DNA of 64,000 bases from Candidatus Omnitrophota bacterium (GTDB taxonomy: Bacteria; Omnitrophota; Gorgyraeia; Gygaellales; Profunditerraquicolaceae). The first letter of the stretch is position 1, and every line of letters starts with the position of its first letter. The DNA is taken from contig JBFZAG010000079.1 in NCBI GenBank assembly GCA_041309145.1, positions 15-64,014 on the forward strand, given 5' to 3'. The notes below the pieces were generated by a model, which ran no database searches, had not been told where the DNA came from, and saw nothing but the letters and a program-made list of their open reading frames with translations. Of this stretch, positions 26,233 through 35,929 are shown piece by piece. A program made the translations under genes and the position numbers.

Positions 26233-27991
26233 AGTGCGTATTTTGCCGCCGGAAATAGTTTCCAAGATCGCCGCCGGAGAAGTGGTGGAAAGGCCGTCTT
26301 CGGTCTTAAAAGAACTTCTGGAAAATTCCCTGGATGCCGGGGCTTCTTCTGTCGAAGTGCTCTTAAAAGGAGCCGGGAAGAATTTGATCGAGATCAAGGA
26401 CAATGGGCAAGGTATCAGCAAAGAAGATATCGAGAATATTTTTATTCGCCACGCTACCAGCAAGATCTCAACGATAGACGATCTTTATAATATCTCCAGC
26501 TTGGGTTTCCGGGGAGAGGCTCTTTACAGTATCGCCGCCGTTTCCGATGTGACTTTGCGCAGTAAAACCCCGGACCAGGATTGCGGTTGGGAGATTCATC
26601 TGCGGGGCAACGAAAAAAACGCTTCCAAACCGACAGGGATGCGCGTTGGCACAGAGATCCAGGTCCAGGAACTTTTCTTTAATACCCCGGCCCGCAAGAA
26701 ATTTTTGAAATCAAATTCTTCCGAACTTAACCACTGCCTGGATATTTTCATTCCTTACACCCTCCTGCATCCGGACAAGCGCTTTGTTCTGACCTCAGAA
26801 AGCCGCAAGCTTATCGACCTCTCGCCTACCGGAGAACAACTTTCCCGGATCGGAGAAGCCCTTAACCTGAACAAAAAAGATTTCCTGGAAGATACCCGCG
26901 AATTTCCGGAGTTTAACGCTAAAATTCAACTGGTATTAGGAGACATCAATATCCAGCGCACCCATAAAGACCTGCAGTTTATTTTTATTAACGGCAGGCC
27001 GGTCATTGAGCGGGCCATCAGCTTTCACATGAACGAGATCTTCCGCCTGATATTCTCCCCCGGCGTATATCCGTTTTTTTGCGTATTCATCACCATGCCC
27101 GCGGACCAGCTGGATGTTAACGTCCACCCGGCTAAACGCGAGGTCAAGATCAAGGATGAATTCCGGCTTTTAGGGGTCCTCCGCCAGTTCACCGAGCATC
27201 TTTTAATGACTAAAAGCAAGCCCCTCCAGGCTGAAAGCCCGCTCTTTTGCAAACCCGAAAACCTTAACCAGCAGTCATCCGGATGGCAGGCTCCGGCAAG
27301 CCCCTCTGCTCCTGGCTATCCGGATCAAGTCCGCGAAAAAAACTTTGACCGGCAAACCAGCTTATCCTTAAATGAAAATATCCTCTTGTTCAAGACAGAC
27401 GACATCTTTGCCCGGAAAAAATCAGACCTCAAGGAAAGACTGAAACAATCCCGCTATTTGGGCAATCTGTTAAAAAAATACCTTTTATTCGAGACCGGGG
27501 ATTCTTTACTGGTCATCGATCAGCACGCCGCCCAGGAGCGCATCACTTTTGAGAAATTAAAGACTCAGATCGAAAAATCCGATGTTGAGGTTGCGCAATT
27601 GCTGGCTCCGGTTTTGATCAAACTATCGCCTCAGGAGAAGGTTTTTTGGGAAGAAAACAAAGAAGTGTTAGAAAAAGCGGGATTTTCGACAAGCCTGTTT
27701 GACCGCCAAACTCTGGCCTTGCATTCGCATCCCCAGTTGATTTCTCAGCCGGAAAACAGCGTGCGCAATTTATTATCGGGAGAGAATATTCCCCGGCTCG
27801 ATCCGGGAACCTTGGCCAGGATGGCTTGCCGCTCTTCGGTTATGGCCGGCTTTGCCATGAATAAAGAGCAAGCTGAGTTCCAGCGCCAGGCCCTGATCCA
27901 GTGCCTTGACCCCTTTACCTGCCCGCACGGCCGGCCGACAGTGATCGAAATCCTCGAAGAAACCCTGCAAAAACAGTTCCTGCGGAAATAA
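26225..27991 (+). CDS. mutL: DNA mismatch repair protein MutL
   Basis: GHKL N-terminus (ELLENSLDAGA, IKDNGQGIS) and C-terminal dimerisation domain. 8-bp overlap with mutS. Confidence 0.9.
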   Translation: MNKVRILPPEIVSKIAAGEVVERPSSVLKELLENSLDAGASSVEVLLKGAGKNLIEIKDNGQGISKEDIENIFIRHATSKISTIDDLYNISSLGFRGEALYSIAAVSDVTLRSKTPDQDCGWEIHLRGNEKNASKPTGMRVGTEIQVQELFFNTPARKKFLKSNSSELNHCLDIFIPYTLLHPDKRFVLTSESRKLIDLSPTGEQLSRIGEALNLNKKDFLEDTREFPEFNAKIQLVLGDINIQRTHKDLQFIFINGRPVIERAISFHMNEIFRLIFSPGVYPFFCVFITMPADQLDVNVHPAKREVKIKDEFRLLGVLRQFTEHLLMTKSKPLQAESPLFCKPENLNQQSSGWQAPASPSAPGYPDQVREKNFDRQTSLSLNENILLFKTDDIFARKKSDLKERLKQSRYLGNLLKKYLLFETGDSLLVIDQHAAQERITFEKLKTQIEKSDVEVAQLLAPVLIKLSPQEKVFWEENKEVLEKAGFSTSLFDRQTLALHSHPQLISQPENSVRNLLSGENIPRLDPGTLARMACRSSVMAGFAMNKEQAEFQRQALIQCLDPFTCPHGRPTVIEILEETLQKQFLRK

Positions 27992-28077
27992 AGGGGACAG
28001 GTCCAATTATTTTAAAAATGGGGACGGTTCTCCTTTTTTCTCTCAGGTTATTCAGTTAAAAAATGAGAACCGTCCCC
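27992..28077. terminator. bidirectional terminator built from REP-like hairpins between mutL (+) and the NHL-repeat gene (-)
   Basis: Half-site aaaggggacaggtcca at 27992-28007 (same family as the 35.2-kb palindrome). Perfect 13-bp inverted repeat ggggacggttctc / gagaaccgtcccc at 28020-28077 flanked by A/T runs. Confidence 0.55.
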
Positions 28078-28081
28078 ATTT

Positions 28082-30556
28082 TTATTTTATCTTGGTTATC
28101 TTGAATACTGCCTGGCCTTCCGGGTCGGCGACATAGAGATTGCCTTCCGGGTCCAAAGCCAGGGATTCCGGCCCGACCAGACCGTCCCTCCAATCAGCGA
28201 TAACGATCTTCTCGCCGCTTACTTGTTTGAATTGATAAATTTCGGCAGCCTCATCGGAACTCACGTAGATACTTCCGTCCTTATCGATGGCTATGCCTTC
28301 CGGACCGGGAAGTCCGCGTTTCGTCTCTATCAACTTTGCTTTAAAACCGTCGGCCTGATCGATGCTGATTTTGGAAAGACTTTTTTCCCCGTCTTCCGTC
28401 AGATAAAAATATCCCTGATGATAAACAATTTTTCTCGGCTCGAAATACTCGATCCCTTCCACAGTTCTGGCCTTTCCGTTATCCAGAACCAAGATTTTGT
28501 GTTTCTGTTCATCGGCGATATAAATCCTGCCCTGTTCATCAAGGGTTATGCCTTCGGGCGAAAACACTCCATCTTTTCTTGAAGCCAAAACTTCAACAGC
28601 GAAAGAGGCCCCCACGCGGTAAATATTGCCTGTGTCGCCGGTAGCAAAAAGCTCGCCGTTTTTACTGACAACCATCTCCCGGAATGCGGCGAGGTCTCTC
28701 CGGCACGCCCGGCTTAGTCTATTCCCCTCATATTTGAATATATTCTCAAAAGTCGAAATGTATAATAACCCTTTTCCAGCGTCAAAAGCCACTCCCATAG
28801 GCATGAATAATCCGTCGTCCAGGCCGCTTAGTTTCTGGATCCGATAGATTCCTTCTGCCGCTTCGCTCTTTTTCCTGTCCGGGGGCAGGAAATTCACCTC
28901 ATAAATAACCGCTTTTTTTATCCCCGCGGAATGAACATAAACTTTTCCGGTTTTAGATACTGCGATACCGCCTAAATGTCTCAGGGTCGACTGGTTGATC
29001 TTGACCGCGCCTTCAAGTTTTCCTTCCGGATTAAATTTATAGACCGTGCTGCTCTCTTCATCTGCCACATAGACAAATCCTCCGGAATCAATTGTTATAG
29101 CCCCCGGGCCGATCAATCCGGATTGATTGTCCGCAAAAACGCTTACCTTTCCCTGAGGCGATATTTTCAGGATCCGGTCATCCCACTCCGGAGCCACATA
29201 AATAAAATCTTTTGAATCAATTTCGATGTCCTCCAGACAGCGCAATCCGTCTTTCTGGGTGATAAATTCTGAGACTGCTCCCTGAGGAGTGATCTTAAAG
29301 ATAATCTTTGCTTTTTCATCTCCGATAAAGGCATTCCCGGATCTATCGAAAACCAGGGCCTGTGGCTCTTGAAGCCCTATTTTGCCGTCCGCGTAGACTG
29401 AAATGGCATTATTTTTCTTATTTATCTTGAAAACCTTGCCGGCTGAATCATCGGAAATATAACAATTACCGAAGGCATCCCAAGTTATCCCTTCGGGGTC
29501 CTGCAGCCCCTTTTCATAATCCATTACAATTTCCCGGGAGGAAGAATCTTTGTTTATCCTGACAATGCTCCGGCCTTCTCCGCAATACAGATTATCGTCC
29601 TTATCGAACTTCAGGACGTCGGATGAATTATTCCCCAGGGCATAAACAAACCGGTAGCCCTTAGAAACTTTTTTCGGAGCTATCCTGATAATCCTGGTGT
29701 TGGCAGGGTATGTCCCGGTGAGCAGGCAAATCGAGCCGTCTTTGCCGATTATCGGCCTTGAATGCGCTTTATGGTAGGAACTTAAAATGGCGATACTCCT
29801 GAATTCTCCGTAGCGGGTCATCACAAAAATCTCTTTCCCGCCTTTATCCAGGAGATAAATTTGGGAGCCGTTACCGCTGACGGCGATACTGCCGAGATCC
29901 TTGTTTTTCGGGATATCGTAGCTGATTTTGTAATTTTCCCCTTCCCGGCCCGAAACATAGATTTTCCCTGAGCCGGCCAGAATATACATGTTGTTTTCCC
30001 GGTCAAAACAGATGTCCCGGACAGGAAAATCAAATTTCCGCTGTTTAAGAACTCCGCGCTTGCTTAAATAATATACTTTGCCGGAGAGTTCTTCTGTTAT
30101 GTAGATCGTATCCTTAAAGTCTATCGCCAAACGGCCCGGCTTTAAAACAGCGCTGATTTTGGCCAGAGACAACTTCTTGCCGTCATTGTTCATCTTAAAA
30201 ACCTCGGTTCCATCTAATCCGATGATGCTGCCTTGAGAGCTAAGAGCGACATCAATTATTCCCTCCGGCAAGACGGGTCCCGAGCCGAAAGAAAGAAGCT
30301 TTCCCGGTTCCGGCCATAAAAATGCCCGCTTATCCTGATTCACGATGCAAAGCCCGCCTTCGGTATCAGCCGCGATTAAAGCCGGATGCCCCAACTGTTT
30401 ATTCCTGTAAAATAAATTCTCAACAATATAGCCGTCAACGGCTAAAACATTATTATACATTTCGATCATTTCCTTATGCTCGGCCGGGAATCCCTGGCTC
30501 AAACAATCCGCCGCCGTCAAAAACAAGAAAAGAATCGCAAAAAATATCTTGAGCAT
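28082..30556 (-). CDS. secreted NHL-repeat / six-bladed beta-propeller protein
   Basis: 824 aa. Signal peptide. Repeated G..EP.GIA.D..GN.Y[VI][AS]D motifs typical of NHL/SMP-30-type propeller blades. Confidence 0.6.
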   Translation of the reverse strand: MLKIFFAILFLFLTAADCLSQGFPAEHKEMIEMYNNVLAVDGYIVENLFYRNKQLGHPALIAADTEGGLCIVNQDKRAFLWPEPGKLLSFGSGPVLPEGIIDVALSSQGSIIGLDGTEVFKMNNDGKKLSLAKISAVLKPGRLAIDFKDTIYITEELSGKVYYLSKRGVLKQRKFDFPVRDICFDRENNMYILAGSGKIYVSGREGENYKISYDIPKNKDLGSIAVSGNGSQIYLLDKGGKEIFVMTRYGEFRSIAILSSYHKAHSRPIIGKDGSICLLTGTYPANTRIIRIAPKKVSKGYRFVYALGNNSSDVLKFDKDDNLYCGEGRSIVRINKDSSSREIVMDYEKGLQDPEGITWDAFGNCYISDDSAGKVFKINKKNNAISVYADGKIGLQEPQALVFDRSGNAFIGDEKAKIIFKITPQGAVSEFITQKDGLRCLEDIEIDSKDFIYVAPEWDDRILKISPQGKVSVFADNQSGLIGPGAITIDSGGFVYVADEESSTVYKFNPEGKLEGAVKINQSTLRHLGGIAVSKTGKVYVHSAGIKKAVIYEVNFLPPDRKKSEAAEGIYRIQKLSGLDDGLFMPMGVAFDAGKGLLYISTFENIFKYEGNRLSRACRRDLAAFREMVVSKNGELFATGDTGNIYRVGASFAVEVLASRKDGVFSPEGITLDEQGRIYIADEQKHKILVLDNGKARTVEGIEYFEPRKIVYHQGYFYLTEDGEKSLSKISIDQADGFKAKLIETKRGLPGPEGIAIDKDGSIYVSSDEAAEIYQFKQVSGEKIVIADWRDGLVGPESLALDPEGNLYVADPEGQAVFKITKIK

Positions 30557-30557
30557 A

Positions 30558-31952
30558 TTATTTTACCTTTCTTTTACTCGGCTCAAAGACCGGATCGATC
30601 AATTTATTGATCTGGTTGATCTGATAAGTCGTGCCTTTCCCGGACTGAATCTTGCGGATTTCTTGCGCGTACAAGTCGATAGCTTTCCTCTCCCCGGGTT
30701 GAGCTCTGGAGCTAAGCCTTCTCAGGGTTTTTAAAGCTGCGCCGCATTCCTTTTCCAAATCGCCGTTTTTATACCAGCAAACCTCGTAAATCCGATGGAT
30801 CACCCGGAAACCCTCTAAAGAGGCTATTGCGGATATTCGAACGGGACGGTCCGAAGGGCCGCTGCTGATCCGGCTGCTCTCTTTTAAAGCTGCCGTTAAT
30901 TTGTTTTCTAAATTTGCGATAGCCTGTTTTAAATTTTCCCCGGCTTCGAGTGTTTCCGGAAAATCAGCTTCAGCTCCGCGCTGAGCCGCTAAATCAAGAT
31001 ACAATTTCCTGAAACCTTCGGAAGTTTTGCGCTTGTTTAAAAATAAAGAATCTCTCCAGGATCCAGTTTTTTCCCTCAGCGCTCCAGTTTCGCTTCCCGG
31101 CCGGCTGTTTTCGCCCGGTCCGGTCAGATCCCGAATCACTTCTTCAAGCCGGGACTCGGGAAAATCGGCAATAAATCTGACAAAAGAGTAGGCGCGTTTT
31201 AAATCCAGGTCGATTTCCTTTTTCCGATAAGCCTCTTCTACCCGGCAGTAATAATTGGAATCTGCCGAGCTCTTAAGATTTCTATCGATCGCGACCATCC
31301 GCCCGTAATCCAGAACGCTGGCCTCAGGGTCCAAGCACGCGCAATCCTGGTCAATGCGCATTAATTTCTTTGCCAGGCCTTCTTTTCCGGAATTAAAAAT
31401 TAAGAAATTTGAGTAATTGGGATCGTGATCCCTCAACAGCCAGTCAACCACCTGTGCTTTCATAAGATATTCCAGCCCGCTAGCGGAGATATTGGACGGC
31501 GCGTAAGAAGAAAGCGTAAACGCTCCGGGAATAAATTCCTGCAAAGTGCCGGAAGCTGATTTCCCGTTTAAAATTAGCCGGGCATTGTGGATTTCCGGAG
31601 CGTCAAGACCGAATAAAGCGTAGAGCCTCTGGGCAATAATCCTATTGGCGCCTTTTTCTTTGAATACCCATTTTCTTCCTAAATTATCTTCTAAAATCAG
31701 CTTGAAAGTGGACCCTTCTTTTACAACTTGATCGCTAGACAGCTTAAAATCAAGCTTGTTGAACAATTCTTCCTGCAGCTGAAAATAGCGCTTATGAATA
31801 TTTACCAGGTTAGAGTAACTGTTCGTATTATCGCTGATTGGATCGGAGAAAACCGGGAGAGACTGGAAAAAGAATAAACAGATGAAGAAAAGAACAATAG
31901 CAGTTGTTCTCTGCAGCTTATGGAAATTTCTCAAATTTATACTTTTGGCCAA
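30558..31952 (-). CDS. hypothetical secreted or membrane-anchored protein with protein-kinase-like (PKL) catalytic motifs
   Basis: 464 aa. N-terminal hydrophobic segment. KWVFKEKG (putative ATP-binding Lys), LRDHDPNYSNF (DxHxxN-like catalytic loop), RIDQDCA (DFG-like). Start codon uncertain (TTG in the track, no clear RBS). Two nucleotides separate it from the downstream NHL gene. Confidence 0.4.
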   Translation of the reverse strand: MAKSINLRNFHKLQRTTAIVLFFICLFFFQSLPVFSDPISDNTNSYSNLVNIHKRYFQLQEELFNKLDFKLSSDQVVKEGSTFKLILEDNLGRKWVFKEKGANRIIAQRLYALFGLDAPEIHNARLILNGKSASGTLQEFIPGAFTLSSYAPSNISASGLEYLMKAQVVDWLLRDHDPNYSNFLIFNSGKEGLAKKLMRIDQDCACLDPEASVLDYGRMVAIDRNLKSSADSNYYCRVEEAYRKKEIDLDLKRAYSFVRFIADFPESRLEEVIRDLTGPGENSRPGSETGALREKTGSWRDSLFLNKRKTSEGFRKLYLDLAAQRGAEADFPETLEAGENLKQAIANLENKLTAALKESSRISSGPSDRPVRISAIASLEGFRVIHRIYEVCWYKNGDLEKECGAALKTLRRLSSRAQPGERKAIDLYAQEIRKIQSGKGTTYQINQINKLIDPVFEPSKRKVK

Positions 31953-31977
31953 GAAAGCGTATTTTTATATATGCGCT

Positions 31978-32718
31978 TCACCCTCGCGCCTTGTTTTCCT
32001 TGAGATCGCGGGCCAGGATTATCGCCTCGGCGATATCGCGCATGGATTTGCGGGAATCCATGCTCTGCTTCTGGATCAGCCGGTAAGCTTCTTGCGGAGC
32101 GATATTAGCTTCCTGGGCCAGGATCTCCTTGGCCCGCTCTACAACCTTGCGGGTAAACAGCGCTTCTTCGGCGCTGTTCGCCCTCAGAGCGAGCTCGGCA
32201 TTCTCAATGGCCATAGCCGCCTGGGTGGCCAAAGCGCTTAAAATGCTCAGTTCGGTCCTGGTGAATTCGTGTTTTTTTGAAGTATAACAATTTAATACCC
32301 CGATGACCCTTCCTTTTATTGCCAGGGGCACGCTGGCCAAGCTGACCAGCCCTTCTTTGCGGGCGAGATCCTGATTCAAATAGCGCCTCTCGGACTGCAG
32401 ATCCAATATCACGATCATCTTGTTATGCTGCGCTACCAATCCGGCGATGCCTTCGCCTATTTTGATGTTCGGCTTTTTATTGTAGGCTTCGGAGACCGAT
32501 TGGGTGGCCCGGATCACCAGCTCTTTTTTCGACTCGTCCAGGACCATGAGAGATGATATCTTGGAATTCATCACTTCCGCGGTAACGCTGACGATCAGCC
32601 GCAAAAGCTCATCCAGATACATGCCGGAAGCGATAAGATTGGCGACTTTTGAGAGAGCCTCGATCTGTTTCAGGTATATCTGATAGCCGACTTCAGTCCT
32701 TTTTTTCGGATTAACCAT
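31978..32718 (-). CDS. GAF-ANTAR RNA-binding antitermination regulator
   Basis: 246 aa. N-terminal GAF domain, C-terminal ANTAR motif (RKVVERAKEILAQEANIAPQEAYRLIQKQSMDSRKSMRDIAEAII). Confidence 0.65.
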   Translation of the reverse strand: MVNPKKRTEVGYQIYLKQIEALSKVANLIASGMYLDELLRLIVSVTAEVMNSKISSLMVLDESKKELVIRATQSVSEAYNKKPNIKIGEGIAGLVAQHNKMIVILDLQSERRYLNQDLARKEGLVSLASVPLAIKGRVIGVLNCYTSKKHEFTRTELSILSALATQAAMAIENAELALRANSAEEALFTRKVVERAKEILAQEANIAPQEAYRLIQKQSMDSRKSMRDIAEAIILARDLKENKARG

Positions 32719-32720
32719 AT

Positions 32721-33884
32721 CTAAGCTTTCTTATGCCGTTTCAGAAAAGCGTCTATCCGCCGTAAAGCTTCCTTGAGATTATCAAAACTTGACGCGTAAC
32801 AGATCCGGACGTAATCGTTGAGCTCATCCCCGAACGCGGTCCCCGGAACCACCGCTACTTTTTCCTCGATCAGCAGTTTTTTCGCGAACTCCAGGCAATT
32901 CATCCCGCTGCTCTTGATCGAAGGAAAGGCGTAAAAAGCCCCCTGAGGCATATGGCATTTCAAGCCGATCCGGTTGAGCTCTTTGACCACGAATTCTCTT
33001 CTCCGGCGGTATTCGCGCTTCATTTCCTCGACCGCGGTCCTGCCGGTATGCAGCGCTTCGCAGGCCGCCATCTGGCTGGTAATCGGCACGCACATGATCG
33101 TATACTGATGGATCTTGGTCATGGCGTCGATAATATCCTTCGGCCCGCAGGCATAACCCACCCGCCATCCGCACATGGCATAGCTTTTGGAGAAACCGTT
33201 GAGATATAAAGTATGGTCTTTCGTTCCTTTTAAACAAGGATACGGAGTATGTTCGAACTCATAAGTCAGATCGCAGTAGATCTCGTCGGAGATCACCAGG
33301 ATCTTGTGCTTTAAGAATACTTTCTTCAGAGCCTCGAGCTCTTTGCGGGTATAAGATACTCCGCTGGGATTGCAGGGGTAATTAAAGATGATCCCTTTGG
33401 TCTGGGAGTCAATATGGCTTTCCAGGTTTTTAGGCGTGAGCTTGAAATTATCCTTGCGGGTATCGATAGACACCGCTATTCCGCCGGCCAGCTCGGTCAT
33501 CGGCCCGTAAGAAACATAGCCCGGAGAAGGAACAAGGATCTTGTCCCCGGGATCCAGGATCGCCCGCAAAGCCAGGTCCACTCCCTCGCTGACCCCGACA
33601 GTGATCAGCATTTCATTTTCGAAAGAATAATTTAAATTATAATTTTTCTTAAGATAATGGCTGATCTCCTGGCGCAGCTTGACCAGGCCTTTATTGGAAG
33701 TATAGGAAGTAAAACCCTGCTCCAGGGAGCTAATTCCCGCCTCGCGGATCTCCCAGGGGGTGACAAAATCCGGCTCGCCCACGCCCAGGGAAATCACCCC
33801 CTTCATTCCCAGGACCAGGTCAAAGAAAGCCCGGATACCCGAAGGTTTCATTATCTCTACTTTTCGTGAAATAAGATTTTTCAT
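32721..33884 (-). CDS. class I/II pyridoxal-phosphate-dependent aminotransferase (aspartate/aromatic aminotransferase family)
   Basis: 387 aa. The SYTSNKG..PSPGYVSY..NYPCNPSG..SFSKSYAMCGWRVGY pattern includes the PLP-lysine region SKS. Confidence 0.8.
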   Translation of the reverse strand: MKNLISRKVEIMKPSGIRAFFDLVLGMKGVISLGVGEPDFVTPWEIREAGISSLEQGFTSYTSNKGLVKLRQEISHYLKKNYNLNYSFENEMLITVGVSEGVDLALRAILDPGDKILVPSPGYVSYGPMTELAGGIAVSIDTRKDNFKLTPKNLESHIDSQTKGIIFNYPCNPSGVSYTRKELEALKKVFLKHKILVISDEIYCDLTYEFEHTPYPCLKGTKDHTLYLNGFSKSYAMCGWRVGYACGPKDIIDAMTKIHQYTIMCVPITSQMAACEALHTGRTAVEEMKREYRRRREFVVKELNRIGLKCHMPQGAFYAFPSIKSSGMNCLEFAKKLLIEEKVAVVPGTAFGDELNDYVRICYASSFDNLKEALRRIDAFLKRHKKA

Positions 33885-33888
33885 TTTG

Positions 33889-34374
33889 TTAATAGGAGAT
33901 CGCTATACGCTTATCCTCATCCTTTTGCTTGAGCATTATCCCGTCTTCCTTGTATTTCTTCAAAAGAAAATGGGTCACCACGCCCCGGACATGCTCCATC
34001 GGCGAAAGCTTCTCGGATACGAACCTGGCCACGGTATGCAGGTCACGCCCCCGGACAAAAACCAGAAGGTCATAGGTCCCGGACACCAAAAAACAGCCGG
34101 AAACCTCGGGAAAAGAATAGATCCTCTCGGCGATCTTGTCAAAACCCAGGTCTTTCTGGGGCACCAGGTTGACCTCGATGATCGCCCGGACCTCGGCGTT
34201 CTTGTCCTTGACCAGTTCGCGGTTGATCACCGCTTTATAGGCGATGATGATCCCGTCTTTTTCGTATTGGGCGACTTTTTTCCGGACTTCCGCGGGTTTT
34301 TTCTTGAGCATCTTGGCCATCTCTTCGACGGAAATCCGGGCGTCTTTTTCCAGTATCTCTAATATTTCGTCCAT
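33889..34374 (-). CDS. Lrp/AsnC-family transcriptional regulator
   Basis: 161 aa. N-terminal HTH (ILEILEKDARISVEEMAKML) and a C-terminal RAM domain. Confidence 0.75.
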   Translation of the reverse strand: MDEILEILEKDARISVEEMAKMLKKKPAEVRKKVAQYEKDGIIIAYKAVINRELVKDKNAEVRAIIEVNLVPQKDLGFDKIAERIYSFPEVSGCFLVSGTYDLLVFVRGRDLHTVARFVSEKLSPMEHVRGVVTHFLLKKYKEDGIMLKQKDEDKRIAISY

Positions 34375-34414
34375 CTTCTCCTCCGGGATAAGATCAATTG
34401 CCTTGTACGCATCG

Positions 34415-35131
34415 TTATATTTTATAGGTCGCCGGCTTGCATCTTTTATGTTCCGATGATCTGACCAGTTCTTTTGCCCGTTTTACTTTGGCCGCGGGTA
34501 AAACCTGTTTTCTTTTCTTCTCCAGGCGGCTTAAAATATCATCCAGATCCGGATAAGTTATGCACATTTCGCCTTCGTCGGTCTGGCCCGGCCATAGTCC
34601 GGCTGTAGGCGCCTTATCGATGATCGGCTGAGGGATCTTTAATTCCTGAGCCAGTTTGCGCACCTGGGTTTTAAATAAATCTCCGATCGGCAGAATATCG
34701 CTGGCTCCGTCCCCGAATTTAGTGAAATACCCGGCCATTATTTCCGATTTATTGCTCGTCCCGCAAACCAGGTACCCGTATTTGCGGGCAAAATAGTAAA
34801 GAACGATCATTCTCAGCCTCGGCCGCAGATTAGCCTGGGTCATCCGGTCAGCCGCGGGCAAAAGCTTGATCAAATTATCGTAAACCCCGGTTATGTCAAC
34901 GACCCTGGTATTGATCTTGAATTTCCGGGAGAATAATCTGGCGTCATCGCCATCCCGCTTCTGGCTGTGGCAAGGCATTAATAAACCCAGGACATTTTTA
35001 GCTCCTAAGGCTTCTTTAGCCAAAGCCGCGGCCACGCAGGAATCCAGCCCTCCGCTCAAACCAAGAACAACTCCCTTGGCTTTAGCCAGGCTGACCTGCT
35101 TTTTTATCCAAAGCACGATTTTCTTACGCAT
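34415..35131 (-). CDS. nadE: NH3-dependent NAD+ synthetase
   Basis: SGGLDS PP-loop motif (GLSGGLDSCV). ATG at 35131 (MRKKIVLWIKKQV) preferred over the track start at 35170. Confidence 0.7.
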   Translation of the reverse strand: MRKKIVLWIKKQVSLAKAKGVVLGLSGGLDSCVAAALAKEALGAKNVLGLLMPCHSQKRDGDDARLFSRKFKINTRVVDITGVYDNLIKLLPAADRMTQANLRPRLRMIVLYYFARKYGYLVCGTSNKSEIMAGYFTKFGDGASDILPIGDLFKTQVRKLAQELKIPQPIIDKAPTAGLWPGQTDEGEMCITYPDLDDILSRLEKKRKQVLPAAKVKRAKELVRSSEHKRCKPATYKI

Positions 35132-35176
35132 TATAAACCAGATTATAGCACGGAATAACTCAGCAAACAAGTTCAG

Positions 35177-35234
35177 AAAATAAAGGGGACAGGTCCATTT
35201 ATTTTGAAAATAAATGGACCTGTCCCCTTTATTT
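35177..35234 (-). terminator. perfect 27-bp-arm palindrome acting as terminator after phoU (copy 1)
   Basis: aaataaaggggacaggtccatttatttt-gaaa-ataaatggacctgtcccctttatttt. GC-rich core stem ggggacaggtcc followed by T-runs in both directions. Confidence 0.6.
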
Positions 35235-35240
35235 TACTGG

Positions 35241-35909
35241 TCAGTCCAGTTGTTCGGGATGGTGCTTGACCACCTTGGCTTCGACCATGTAGACGACATC
35301 CTCGGCGATGTTGGTGGCGTGGTCGCAGATGCGCTCCAGGTAGCGGGCGATAAGCAGCAAAGGCACGGCCCGGTCCACGGTTTTGGCGTCCTTGGCCATG
35401 TAATCATTGATCAACTCGTCCTGGACTTTGTTCCGCAGAGAGTCGGCCTGGGAATCCGCGCGGACCACTCCGCGGGCAAGCTCAGCGTCGCGGTTGACAA
35501 AGGCGTCGATTGAATCCTTGACCATTTTCTGGGCGACTTCGGAAAGTTTGGGAATATCGATCAGGGGTTTAAGGATCGGCTTCTCGATCACCTCCAGCAC
35601 GCGCTGGCTGATATCCACGGCCAGGTCGGCGATGCGCTCCAGGTCGGCGTTGATCTTCATCGAGGTGGCGATAAAACGCAGGTCGCCCGCCATAGGCTGG
35701 TACCGGGCGATCAGGTCTATGCATTTTTCGTCGATAGCCAGTTCCAGCTCGTCTATTCTTTCGTCTGAGCTGATCACCGCTTGAGCCTGGGATTTATCCC
35801 GGTTTTTCAAAGACTCAATGGACTTGAATATCTCCTCCTGGGTCATAACGCCCATTTTCAGGATTTCCTTGTGTAATTCTTTAAGTTCCTCGTCGAAATG
35901 TCTTTGCAT
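35241..35909 (-). CDS. phoU: phosphate transport regulator PhoU (copy 1)
   Basis: Two PhoU repeats. ATG at 35909 (MQRHFDEEL) preceded by AGGAGGG. Confidence 0.8.
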   Translation of the reverse strand: MQRHFDEELKELHKEILKMGVMTQEEIFKSIESLKNRDKSQAQAVISSDERIDELELAIDEKCIDLIARYQPMAGDLRFIATSMKINADLERIADLAVDISQRVLEVIEKPILKPLIDIPKLSEVAQKMVKDSIDAFVNRDAELARGVVRADSQADSLRNKVQDELINDYMAKDAKTVDRAVPLLLIARYLERICDHATNIAEDVVYMVEAKVVKHHPEQLD

Positions 35910-35929
35910 GATCCCTCCTAGTCCAGGTG

